From contig CAMYID010000022.1 in NCBI GenBank assembly GCA_947258435.1, forward strand, positions 106,961 to 170,960: a DNA stretch of 64,000 nt. Direction: 5' to 3'. Made by a program: the position numbers and the translations under genes. Positions 43,552 to 53,161 of the stretch are shown here, piece by piece. The notes below the pieces were generated by a model. It did no database searches. It saw only the letters and a program-made list of their open reading frames with translations, and was not told where the DNA came from. The first letter of the stretch is position 1, and the number at the start of each line of letters is the position of its first letter. Source of the DNA: an uncultured Alphaproteobacteria bacterium. Lineage in GTDB: Bacteria > Pseudomonadota > Alphaproteobacteria > UBA11222.

Positions 43552-44400
43552 TTAATGCACCATCAGGACCGCGACATCCGTGTTCTGAATGACAAAGCGC
43601 GTCGCACCGCCCAGAATGAGTTCACGAATACGGCTGTGTCCATAAGCGCCCATGACCAGCAGATCGGCCTGATTTTCCTTGACCTGATCGAGAATAACCT
43701 GCCCCACAGCTGTATTGCCAAGCGCAACCTGCCTGATCTCCGCCTTGATCCCGTGGCTGCCGATATAGCTTTGCAGCGCCGCCATGGCCAGTTCATCAAA
43801 TTCGCGGTCCTGGGCGGTGATAAAGGTGACGCTTTCAGCCTCCGTCAATAGCGGCAAAGCCCCGGTCAATGCCTGCGCGGCCTCAGGGCCGCCATCCCAC
43901 GCCACCACAACACGCCGCCCGACGGTGTTACCTGCATTCGCGGGTACCAGCAGGCAGGGCCTGCTCGATTCCATCAACGTCGGCTCGATATCATAGGCAA
44001 TATCGGGCACCGGAAAGATGACAAGATCCGCCAGCCGCGCCGAAGCCGCCACACGGTCGGCCGGATCGCCCATTGTTTCAAGAAATTCCGCCGTCACCTT
44101 TTCCTGCATATTGGGCGTTCCGGTTTCTTCCGCCCCCGATTCTGCAAGCATGTGCAGAAAAGTCTCCTTCGCCTTTACGCATTGCCGTTTATTGGCCTCA
44201 TCGACCGCCGTCACAAGTTCGGTCGCGATTTGCCCGGTCAGTGCCTCGCCTGCCACCGGCAAAGCTTCGGTCGGATTGCGATTAACGAAGAGACAGGCGA
44301 CATGCGCACCATATTTCGCGGCGATATCAAAACCCGCACGCAGGGCGCGCTGATCCGAATCAGTCCCCGCCAGCGGAACCAAGATCTTGCCCAGTCTCAT
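43552..44400 (-). CDS. universal stress protein, tandem UspA domains
   Basis: Start at MRLGKILVPLAGTD (ATG is rc of 44398-44400) behind a GGAGAAGGACT RBS. Second domain GGATRFVIQNTDVAVLMVH. Confidence 0.8.
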   Translation of the reverse strand: MRLGKILVPLAGTDSDQRALRAGFDIAAKYGAHVACLFVNRNPTEALPVAGEALTGQIATELVTAVDEANKRQCVKAKETFLHMLAESGAEETGTPNMQEKVTAEFLETMGDPADRVAASARLADLVIFPVPDIAYDIEPTLMESSRPCLLVPANAGNTVGRRVVVAWDGGPEAAQALTGALPLLTEAESVTFITAQDREFDELAMAALQSYIGSHGIKAEIRQVALGNTAVGQVILDQVKENQADLLVMGAYGHSRIRELILGGATRFVIQNTDVAVLMVH

Positions 44401-44465
44401 AGTCCTTCTCCCTGGATAGCTTTGCATTCGGCAATTGTTTACAGTCTTTCTCCGAAAAGGGTCTT

Positions 44466-45111
44466 GATGCAAGTCAAACCGATCATCTTTACCTATCGAG
44501 GCGGAATGGAAGCGCTGCGTGAAAAGTTGCATGCCGGGGCACAGACCCTGTTCACCCCGATCATCGGCTTTCTGATCCGGCTGCAGGTGACGCCAAATCA
44601 GATTTCGGTGGCCGGCCTGCTGGTCAATATTCTGGCGGCCTGGCTAATTGTCGTGAAATTGCCGGTCGCGGCGGGGCTGCTTTATGGCATTGCCGGGCTG
44701 TTCGATCTGATGGACGGTGCCCTGGCACGCAAATCAGGTCAGGCACACCCGTTTGGCGCATTCCTCGATTCGACGCTCGACCGGGTGTCCGAAGGGGTGG
44801 TATTCGCCGCCATCGCCTATGATTTTGCGGCAAGCGGACAACCCGTTGCCGCTGCCGCCGTCGTGCTGGCGCTGCTTGGCTCGCTTCTGGTCAGCTATAC
44901 CCGCGCCCGGGCGGAAGCGCTGGGCTGCGCCTGCAGGGGCGGTTTTGCCGCCCGGCTTGAGCGGTTGCTGCTGATCCTGTTCGCGCTGATTTTCGGTTTT
45001 GTCGAACTGGCCATCTATCTGTTACTGGCGGCCACCGCCTTCACCGTCTGCCAGCGGATCTGGATCACCTATCGACAGCTCAGCGTTTCGCCGCCGGCAG
45101 GCCAAAGCTGA
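44466..45111 (+). CDS. CDP-alcohol phosphatidyltransferase family membrane protein
   Basis: Start at MQVKPIIFTYRGG. Motif region DLMDGALARKSGQAHPFGAFLDSTLDRVSEG. About 5 TM helices. Confidence 0.7.
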
Positions 45112-45127
45112 CATATGGCCGGGCTGA

Positions 45128-46255
45128 TCAGGCGCTGCCGCGCGGCATATGCGCCGCCATCCAGTCTTGCAGCGGCCGCAATCGCGGATGCGCCAATGCC
45201 CGCGTCAGATAGCCGCACACGCGGGGAATCAGACTGAGATAGAACATCTTGCCGTCACGCCGGGCAAGCCGTGTGAAGGTGCCCAATAGCCGTGTATTAC
45301 GCTGTACCCCGGCGATGGCATAGGCAAAGCGAAAGCCTTCTGCGTCAAATTCAGGCTGATCGCGGGGCGCAATTTCGCAGTACCGCGCCAGCATGGCCTC
45401 GGCAATTTCGGGCGCCACGTCCCGTCGCGCATCCTCAAGCAGCGAGACAAGATCATAGGCGGCGCTGCCGCGCAGGGCATCCTGGAAATCGATCACACCG
45501 ACCTGTTGCAGGCCGGTGCGCTCGGGCAGCCTGAATATATTCTGCGCGTGATAATCTCTCAGGATCAGCACCTCACGGCCGGTCGCGAAATGCGGATACA
45601 GCCCCGCCCAGATATCTTCGAATTCCGCGCGCGCGGCCGCACTTGTTTCGCGACCCTGATCGGGCAGATACCAGTCAAGCATCAGCGCAAGTTCCGCCTG
45701 AACCGCATCCTGATCAAAACCGGGTATCCGATAGGCCGCCGTATAGGGGCTTTCAGGCAGCATATCGGGCACCGGCTGGTTGTGAAGCGCCAGCAGCAGG
45801 TCGGTCGCCGCCATATAGAGCGGCACTTCCGCTTCCCCTTGTGCGAACAGATCGAAATAGAGCCTGTCGCCAAAATCTTCCAGCAGCAACAGCCCCGCCG
45901 CCATATCCGCGGCCAGAATGCGCGGCGCGCTGAAACCTGACTGCGCCAGATAGGCCGCAACCGCCACAAAGGGTGCGCAATCGGTCGCCAGATGCGCGGT
46001 TGCATTATATTGCTGCGCGGCGGCCGATTTCCGCCCGTCGCCGCCCGGCGGCGCATCCATCAGGATAGCCCGCCCACGCCCCGAGGACAGCCGCGCATAA
46101 CGGCGATAGGACGCATCCCCCGCCAGGGGCCTGTAATCCGCCTGCCCCCAGCCCGCCCGGGCAAGAAACTGTGTGATGGCCGCCTGTCTGTCAGAAATCG
46201 GCAAGCCGCGTCTCCCATGTTGGTGACATTGTGAATTCAAACCGCCGCTGGCCAC
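45128..46255 (-). CDS. aminoglycoside phosphotransferase-fold kinase (AmgK-like, typical tsaE neighbour)
   Basis: APH-type motifs LRDYHAQNIF and VIDFQDAL. The true start is probably a TTG near 46205 (LPISDRQAAITQFL...), just overlapping the tsaE stop, rather than the track start 46255. Confidence 0.65.
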   Translation of the reverse strand: MASGGLNSQCHQHGRRGLPISDRQAAITQFLARAGWGQADYRPLAGDASYRRYARLSSGRGRAILMDAPPGGDGRKSAAAQQYNATAHLATDCAPFVAVAAYLAQSGFSAPRILAADMAAGLLLLEDFGDRLYFDLFAQGEAEVPLYMAATDLLLALHNQPVPDMLPESPYTAAYRIPGFDQDAVQAELALMLDWYLPDQGRETSAAARAEFEDIWAGLYPHFATGREVLILRDYHAQNIFRLPERTGLQQVGVIDFQDALRGSAAYDLVSLLEDARRDVAPEIAEAMLARYCEIAPRDQPEFDAEGFRFAYAIAGVQRNTRLLGTFTRLARRDGKMFYLSLIPRVCGYLTRALAHPRLRPLQDWMAAHMPRGSA

Positions 46256-46664
46256 TCATCGGCGCCTGGGTACTGATATGAATGTCAAGCCGTTCAGCCG
46301 GCAGAAGCGATGCAATCCGCGCGGGCCATTCGATCAGGCTGACCCCTTCGGCGAACGCTTCCTCAATGCCAAGCTCGTAGGCTTCCACCGGATTGTCGAT
46401 CCGGTAGAAATCGAAATGCCAGATATCGAACCGGGACAGAAAATATTGCTGCACCAGGCTGAATGTCGGGCTTGGCACCTCGTCGGCAATCCCCTCCCGG
46501 ACGAGCAATGTCTGAATAATCGCCCGCGCAAAGCTTGTCTTGCCAACCCCAAGCGTCCCCTGCAGCGCGATGACATCACCGCGCCCCAGCAACCCTGCCA
46601 GCCGCGCGGCAAGCGCCTGGGTCGCTTCAAGATCTGTAACATCGAAGATTCTGCTCCGCGACAC
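46191..46664 (-). CDS. tsaE: tRNA threonylcarbamoyladenosine biosynthesis protein TsaE
   Basis: 157 aa. P-loop VIALQGTLGVGKTSFARAI. Confidence 0.8.
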   Translation of the reverse strand: MSRSRIFDVTDLEATQALAARLAGLLGRGDVIALQGTLGVGKTSFARAIIQTLLVREGIADEVPSPTFSLVQQYFLSRFDIWHFDFYRIDNPVEAYELGIEEAFAEGVSLIEWPARIASLLPAERLDIHISTQAPMSGQRRFEFTMSPTWETRLADF

Positions 46665-46828
46665 AAAGGGCGCCCCGATCTGTGAAAACCGTCCTGTTCT
46701 ATCGCCTTGGCCCGGCCTGTCGCAAGGACGGGGCGCAAATGGTCAGTATTTCTGACGGTTTGGCTTGATTATCATTCGCGCTTGGCCGATCTTTGGGGAA
46801 AATACGGAAAAATAAACCCAGGGACCCC

Positions 46829-47869
46829 ATGTCAGAAAATACTCATGCAACCGATATCGCCATTGTCGGTGCAGGCCCGGTCGGATTATTCGGCGTATTC
46901 GCTGCGGGCATGTTGAATATGAAATGCGTTGTCACCGATTCGCTTGAGCTGATCGGCGGCCAGTGTACCGCGCTTTATCCCGAAAAACCGATTTTCGATA
47001 TTCCCGGCCATCCCACAATCGAAGCCCAGGAACTGATCGTCAATCTCGAGAAGCAGGCCGCGCCCTTCGAACCGGTCTATCTGCTCGATCAGCAGATCAT
47101 GACCGTCGAAAAGCTGGAAGAGGGTAGCGAACATCACTGGCGGCTGACCACCGGCAAAGGCAGCGTGATTCTCGCCAAGGCGATCATCATCGCCGCCGGG
47201 GTCGGCGCTTTCGGACCCAACCGGCCGCCGGTTGAAAATCTCGAAACTTATGAAAAGTCGGGCCGCGTCCATTATCTGGTCAAGCGCAAGGAAGATTTTC
47301 GCGGCAAGAAACTGGTCATCGCCGGGGGCGGCGATTCCGCGGTCGACTGGGTCATGTCACTGAAGGAAATTGCCGAGCGGGTTGCCATTGTGCACCGGCG
47401 TGATGGCTTCCGGGCGGCAGATGCCAATGTCGATAAATTACGGCAGTGGGGAAAGGATGGGGAAATCGATTATGTCGTGCCCTATCAGGTCAAGGTACTG
47501 CATGGCGAAAATGGCGTGCTGAACGGCGTCGAGGTGGCGCATAAGGATGAAAGCCGCCTGCTCGAAGCCGATATGTTTCTGCCCTTCTACGGATTATCGA
47601 GCAAACTTGGACCGATCGCTGAATGGGGCCTTGATCTGGACAAGAAACATATAACGGTCGATCCCGCCACCTGCGCCACCAATGTGCCGGGAATTTTCGC
47701 GGCCGGCGATATCGCTATGTATCCGGGCAAGCTGCATCTTATCCTGGCGGGCTTTTCGGAAATCGAGATGGCATGCCACGCCGCGCGGGACATCGTCTTT
47801 CCGGATACGGAATACAAGTTCGAATATTCCTCGGCAAAGGGTGTGCCGGGCACACCGGTGCCGTCCTGA
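46829..47869 (+). CDS. ferredoxin--NADP+ reductase (thioredoxin-reductase-like type)
   Basis: Start at MSENTHATDIAIVGAGPVGLFG (GxGxxG). Second dinucleotide motif VIAGGGDSAVDW. Confidence 0.8.
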   Translation: MSENTHATDIAIVGAGPVGLFGVFAAGMLNMKCVVTDSLELIGGQCTALYPEKPIFDIPGHPTIEAQELIVNLEKQAAPFEPVYLLDQQIMTVEKLEEGSEHHWRLTTGKGSVILAKAIIIAAGVGAFGPNRPPVENLETYEKSGRVHYLVKRKEDFRGKKLVIAGGGDSAVDWVMSLKEIAERVAIVHRRDGFRAADANVDKLRQWGKDGEIDYVVPYQVKVLHGENGVLNGVEVAHKDESRLLEADMFLPFYGLSSKLGPIAEWGLDLDKKHITVDPATCATNVPGIFAAGDIAMYPGKLHLILAGFSEIEMACHAARDIVFPDTEYKFEYSSAKGVPGTPVPS

Positions 47870-48006
47870 TTTTCCGCGGCAAACGGCTTTGCGGTGACGT
47901 TTGCGGTGCAGGCGGACGGGCTGACCCCGTCACGCACCATGACTGTTTGTGCAGCACCGGGTCTTTTGGCTGACTGCTGATCCGATCCGGATCGGATGGT
48001 CACCGG

Positions 48007-50514
48007 TTATGCCCCGCTATCTGCGTGTGTGCCTGCTTGTATGTCTGCTGTTGCGTCATTCGTTCTGTCGGCCTGCGGCAACAGCTTGCGGGCCAGTTCC
48101 AGATTATCGGAATCTGCCGCACCGTCCGTCTGCGCCACATCCTCGGCCTGCCGGACCGGCAGGTTGCAGATGACCGTGGCCCCCTCGTCAGCCTCTGACT
48201 CGACATCGATCCAGCCGCCATGCAGCTCGACCAGGCTGCGCACAAGCGACAGGCCGATACCAAATCCCTGCGCCTTGCCCTTGCGCGGCCGCGACTCAAA
48301 GCTGCGGAACATGGCCTGCTGATATTCCGGCTTGATACCGATCCCCTTATCGGCAACCCATAGCTGGCAGATTTCGCGCCCGTCTTCAGCCCGATGATAA
48401 CGATTGGCGCCAATAACGACCTCGTCCCCGGGTTGGGAAAATTTGAAAGCATTGGAAAGAAGGTTGAACATCACCTGCTTGATACGACGCGGATCGGCAT
48501 GAATTTCGCCGACCTCTTCAGGACAATCGAGACGCAGGGTCATATCCGCTTCTTGCGCCCGCTGGCGCGACAGGTCGCGCACCGAACTCAACAATGCAAA
48601 TATATTTGTTTGCGACAGCGACAGGCTCATATGCCCCGCTTCGATGGTCGCAAGGTCGATCACATCATTGATCAGTTCCATCAGATGATGTGACGCTTCA
48701 AGCAGGCCCTGCGAATATTCGTGCTGACGTTCATTCAGTGTACCGAAGAACTCATGTTCGAGAATTTCACCAAACCCGACAATGGTATTGAGGGGTGTGC
48801 GCAGCTGGTAGGAAATATGTGTGATGAATTCCGACTTCAGCCGGTCGGCTGTTTCCAGCGCGTCATTCCGCTCGCGCAGTGCCCGTTCGATCCGTACTGA
48901 ATCGGAAATATCCGTAAATGTCAGCATTGTTCCGCCATCGGGAAGCGGGACCACCGAACAATCCAGCCCCATGCCATTTGCACATTCGGTCTGAATCTCG
49001 AAGCGTGATCGGTCTTCATCGGAACCGGTCACCCGGTTCTTGAGAAGTTCCCAGATGTTCTGTTCGATACAATACGGGCTGCAAAGCTCGCTGACCAGGT
49101 CGATATGCGGTTCATCTGTAAGCTGATCTTCCTGCAAGCCCCAGATCTTCAGGAATGCCGGATTGAATAATCCGAGCCGGCCATCCACGCCGAATACCGC
49201 AACACCTTCACGCAGATTATTGAGCGATTCACGCTGCACACGCGACAGGGCCTTATAGGACCGTTCAAGCGCCAGAATTGTCGTCAGATCTTCATATATG
49301 ACGATGATGCCACCGCGCGGACGGGTCTGGGAGACGACCATCAGCGTCCGCTCGTCGGGGAGGTGCCACAGCTCCTCCTGCGATTCGATCAGCGTCTCGT
49401 AAACCTCCAGTTGCTGTTTTTTCCAGGCCGGAAAATCCGCCTGTTCGGGCAAGCGGCGCTTTTCGCGCATTTCCTCAAGCAACTCTCCATGATGCGGATT
49501 ACCGGCCAGCCAATCCTCCGACAACCCCCAGAATTCTGCGAATGCGCGGTTGCAGAAAACCAGATGCTTGTCGTTGCCGAAAATGGCGAGCGGTGAGGTG
49601 ACGACATTTAAAGTCGCCCTTTGCGCAACGAGCTGACGGTCTGCCTCTTTCCGCGATTCGGCCAGATCGGTCACATCGACGGCGAAACCGCAGCTGCCTT
49701 CCGATAATGGCCGTTCGACGATTTCAAGTATGCGGCGCTGACCATTGAGTACCGCGGGCACGGTCAGGCGGTTGCCCTGCTTTTCGGCGGCAGCGACGTC
49801 GGCCGCGTCGACCAGCTCCTCACCGCTGTCGACCACGGATTGCGCATCTTTGGCTTCCACCGCCTCGACATAGTGATTGTTGACCCACATCAGTTTGCCA
49901 TTGCCATCGCGGCGCCAGATCGGTACAGGCGCGATATCGAGTATCTCGGATAACCAGTCCCTCTTGATACGGATTGTATCAACCGACTGCCGCAGCGAGC
50001 TGACCTCTTCAAACACCTCCGATACATCGGAAACCCAGAGCGCCGCGCCCTTGCCGGTGAATTTTCCGACGCATGCCAGAGTGCGCTGATCCCGGCTTGA
50101 AACCGGGACAGTGAAACGTTGCCCCTCATTGCGCAGATTCGCAACGGCCGCGCTCAGCTTTTCCGCCGAAACCGGTTGCAGGGTGGCACAGAATTTGTCG
50201 AAGAAATCCGCACCCCCGGCATCGGGATCGGGCAGTAAATCGCTTGCCTCCAGAATTGCGCCGCCGCCGAAAAACTGTACCGGGGCGTTGGCGGTCCACA
50301 GGAAAACCGCATCGGAGTCGGCGTTCAGCACAGACTGCACCGTCTCAAGTTCCGACAATGTCACAGCAAGGCGCCTGAGATCCGCCTGACGTGCCGTGGC
50401 CATCTGCTTCAGTCTGCGCGGATAAAGAATGGCACCTCCCACCGCCAGAGCCGCAGCCAGGGCAAGGCCTGCAATCAGAAGTCCGGCGGGACCGAGCTGC
50501 ACCGTTTCCGCCAT
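48007..50514 (-). CDS. divL: DivL-like PAS-domain sensor kinase with Tyr in place of the phospho-acceptor His
   Basis: The H-box reads EFITHISYQLRTPLNTIVGFGEIL, so Tyr occupies the position of the conserved His (SHELRTPL vs SYQLRTPL). PleC/DivJ-type X-box LMELINDVIDLATIEAG. HATPase N/G boxes are present. One N-terminal TM. The start is uncertain (Met at 50514 or 50592). Confidence 0.6.
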   Translation of the reverse strand: MAETVQLGPAGLLIAGLALAAALAVGGAILYPRRLKQMATARQADLRRLAVTLSELETVQSVLNADSDAVFLWTANAPVQFFGGGAILEASDLLPDPDAGGADFFDKFCATLQPVSAEKLSAAVANLRNEGQRFTVPVSSRDQRTLACVGKFTGKGAALWVSDVSEVFEEVSSLRQSVDTIRIKRDWLSEILDIAPVPIWRRDGNGKLMWVNNHYVEAVEAKDAQSVVDSGEELVDAADVAAAEKQGNRLTVPAVLNGQRRILEIVERPLSEGSCGFAVDVTDLAESRKEADRQLVAQRATLNVVTSPLAIFGNDKHLVFCNRAFAEFWGLSEDWLAGNPHHGELLEEMREKRRLPEQADFPAWKKQQLEVYETLIESQEELWHLPDERTLMVVSQTRPRGGIIVIYEDLTTILALERSYKALSRVQRESLNNLREGVAVFGVDGRLGLFNPAFLKIWGLQEDQLTDEPHIDLVSELCSPYCIEQNIWELLKNRVTGSDEDRSRFEIQTECANGMGLDCSVVPLPDGGTMLTFTDISDSVRIERALRERNDALETADRLKSEFITHISYQLRTPLNTIVGFGEILEHEFFGTLNERQHEYSQGLLEASHHLMELINDVIDLATIEAGHMSLSLSQTNIFALLSSVRDLSRQRAQEADMTLRLDCPEEVGEIHADPRRIKQVMFNLLSNAFKFSQPGDEVVIGANRYHRAEDGREICQLWVADKGIGIKPEYQQAMFRSFESRPRKGKAQGFGIGLSLVRSLVELHGGWIDVESEADEGATVICNLPVRQAEDVAQTDGAADSDNLELARKLLPQADRTNDATADIQAGTHADSGA

Positions 50515-50658
50515 GGGTAGGGACTGGGCCAGATCCTGGGGCGAGGATTGCGGTGGGGGTAAATCCTGTGCCTTTGCCCCCTGACCGCGCATGAGCCAGA
50601 ACACAAAGCCAGACTGGAACAGACCGGCCCGCAAAACTCCGGCCCGCAAAACTGTAGC

Positions 50659-50682
50659 GCGACATGTTGCGCAACATGTCGC
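50659..50682. promoter_or_regulatory. perfect 24-bp palindrome GCGACATGTTGCGCAACATGTCGC within a periodic TGTTGC motif array upstream of the divL-like gene
   Basis: Self-complementary over 24 bp. TGTTGC recurs at 50666, 50688 and 50710 (22-bp period). A tandem 15-bp duplication CCGGCCCGCAAAACT x2 lies at 50624-50653. Confidence 0.6.
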
Positions 50683-51022
50683 AAACTGTTGCAAAATCCG
50701 GTGCAGACTGTTGCGGAATCCGCGCTTATGTCGCTCGCGCTGTAGCACTATGGACCGTCTGCTCCCTTTTTCTTGCCGACCGGACAGATCTTAGGCCCGC
50801 CACCGGGCCGCAAACAAGCATGCAACCAGCGAACCCCGCGCGAATATTCCCCTTGTTGCACAGCATAACGCAGCCTGCCGTCAGATGGTTAATGCAAGGT
50901 TAACCCAGGACGGAAACCGCTTGCCCGGCCTGGCTCGCAGGCCTAGGCTTGGGCCAATAACCGCCCGCGCGGCATGCGGGGGATAATTACTCAGACAGAT
51001 TGCTCAGACAGGGAGACAAGCC

Positions 51023-52039
51023 ATGTACCATCCAGCCCTCAAAACCCCGCTATGCGAGATGCTGGGTATCGACTATCCGATCATTCAGGCCGGTATGGGT
51101 TTCGTGGCGCGCGGCCCGCTTGCGGGGGCGGTATCGGCGGCGGGCGGGCTGGGCTGCATCGGCGCCGCCTCGATGACCGGGGAGGAGCTGCGCGAGGAAA
51201 TCCGCATCGTGCGCGAGATCACCGACAAGCCCTTTGCGGTCGACATATTGTTTGCAACCACCGGCGGCAAGCAGACCCCGGTCTTCACCAGCGATGTGCA
51301 GGAACATATCGAGGTGATCTTCGATGAAAAGGTGCCGGTGCTGGCAAGCGGGCTTGGCAATCCCGGGCCGATCATCGCCGAATGCCATGCGGCGGGCATG
51401 AAGGTGCTGAGCCTGACGGGCAATACCAAGAACGCAAAGCGGCTTGCCGATAGCGGCGTCGATGCGGTGATCGCACAGGGTTATGACGGTGGCGGCCATA
51501 CCGGCCGGGTCGGGGCGATGACGCTGCTGCCCGCGGTCATCGATGCGATCGATGTACCGGTGCTGGCGGCCGGCGGCATCGGCGACGGGCGCGGCATCGC
51601 GGCGGCGATCACATTGGGCGCGATCGGCGTCTGGCTGGGCACCCGCTTCATCGCGACGCCCGAGGCCTGGGGGCATGACAATTACAAGCGCCGCATCACC
51701 GAAATCGACGATGAGGGCACAACCCGCACCCGCTGCTTCTCGGGCAAACCGTGCCGCATGATCCAGAACGACACGACCAAGGCCTGGGAATCCCCCGAGC
51801 TTGAAGCCGAAATCCGGCCGTTCCCGAGACAGATGGGCAATGTCACCAAATGGCTTGGCAAGGATCCCTATATGGCGGGCCGGCGCGACGGGGAAACCGA
51901 TATCGGCGCGCTGGCGGCGGGGCAGAGTTCGGCGCTGATCCATGAGGTAAAGCCGGTCGCGCAGGTGATCGACGATCTGATGGCCGAGGCGAGCGCGACG
52001 CTTGAGCGGATCACGAAAATCGCCGCCGCCGCGTCCTGA
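51023..52039 (+). CDS. nitronate monooxygenase (NMO, 2-nitropropane dioxygenase family)
   Basis: 338 aa. MLGIDYPIIQAGMGFVA N-terminus. Glycine-rich FMN-binding segments. Confidence 0.85.
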   Translation: MYHPALKTPLCEMLGIDYPIIQAGMGFVARGPLAGAVSAAGGLGCIGAASMTGEELREEIRIVREITDKPFAVDILFATTGGKQTPVFTSDVQEHIEVIFDEKVPVLASGLGNPGPIIAECHAAGMKVLSLTGNTKNAKRLADSGVDAVIAQGYDGGGHTGRVGAMTLLPAVIDAIDVPVLAAGGIGDGRGIAAAITLGAIGVWLGTRFIATPEAWGHDNYKRRITEIDDEGTTRTRCFSGKPCRMIQNDTTKAWESPELEAEIRPFPRQMGNVTKWLGKDPYMAGRRDGETDIGALAAGQSSALIHEVKPVAQVIDDLMAEASATLERITKIAAAAS

Positions 52040-52152
52040 GCGGCCCGGTCTGTTGTCGCTCGGTTTGTGGTATGACGGCATGAGAAGGCCTGCCCCGTCC
52101 CCGGGCGGGCCTTTTTGCGCGCCGCGACCCGTTTCGGCAGAGAAAGACCCTG

Positions 52153-53022
52153 ATGCCCACCGTCGATGACCAGCAACAGAGCCTGCGCGCCTTCGTGCGG
52201 ACGTTAAAGGTCATGCCGGAGACGGAGCCGGCGCTGGCAACCCGCGACCCCGCCGCCCGCCCCGACGCCATCGGCAAGAAATCCGCCGCCAGACAAATTC
52301 GCGACGCGATCAAAGAAGATCTCAACCGGCTGCAATATCTGCTCTTCGCCGATCAGCGAGCCGCGCTTCTGATCATTTTGCAGGGCCCGGACGCATCGGG
52401 CAAGGACGGCACGATCCGCAAGGTGTTCACCGGCATGGACCCGCAAGGGGTTCAGGTGAGCGCCTTCAAGCAGCCGACCGCGGAAGAGGCGGCGCATGAT
52501 TTTCTGTGGCGCGTCCACAAGCTCGCCCCCGCCAAAGGGCAGGTGGCGATCTTCAACCGCTCCCATTATGAGGATGTGCTGATTGCGCGGGTCCGGCATC
52601 TGGTACCCGAAAATATCTGGCGGCAGCGTTATCAGCGGATCAATGAATTTGAGGCACTGCTTGCCGAGAACGGCACGGTAATCCTGAAATTCTTCCTGCA
52701 TCTGAGCCCGCAGGAACAGCTGGCACGGTTCCGGAAACGGCTTGAGGATCCGGCGCGGCAATGGAAAATCAGCGAAAGCGATTACACCGAACGCAAGCTC
52801 TGGGATGCCTATCAGGCCGCCTATGAAGAAGCGATCGCCACCACCTCGCACGCGCATGCGCCCTGGTACATCATCCCGGCGGACAGGAAATGGGTGCGCA
52901 ATCTGTCGGTCGGGCAAATCATCGCCGACAGGCTTGCCCGGATGGATCTCAAGACGCCGGCAGCGCGGGTCGATCTCGACGATATCCGCCGCCGCTTTCA
53001 CGAAGCCGCCCAAAAAATCTGA
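52153..53022 (+). CDS. polyphosphate kinase 2 (PPK2, single-domain)
   Basis: Walker A ILQGPDASGKDGTIRKV. Walker B/lid FNRSHYEDVL. C-terminal PWYIIPADRKW. Confidence 0.85.
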   Translation: MPTVDDQQQSLRAFVRTLKVMPETEPALATRDPAARPDAIGKKSAARQIRDAIKEDLNRLQYLLFADQRAALLIILQGPDASGKDGTIRKVFTGMDPQGVQVSAFKQPTAEEAAHDFLWRVHKLAPAKGQVAIFNRSHYEDVLIARVRHLVPENIWRQRYQRINEFEALLAENGTVILKFFLHLSPQEQLARFRKRLEDPARQWKISESDYTERKLWDAYQAAYEEAIATTSHAHAPWYIIPADRKWVRNLSVGQIIADRLARMDLKTPAARVDLDDIRRRFHEAAQKI

Positions 53023-53161
53023 GACGAAAATCCGAAACGAAAATCCGTGCCGGAAAATGGCGGCAGGCGGCCGGTAGACCGATCCCGATTGACATTGCGG
53101 GCCCGGCAGTATCAAACAGCCCTCATCCCAAGACCAACCCTGTAAAATCATATTGCGTGCG

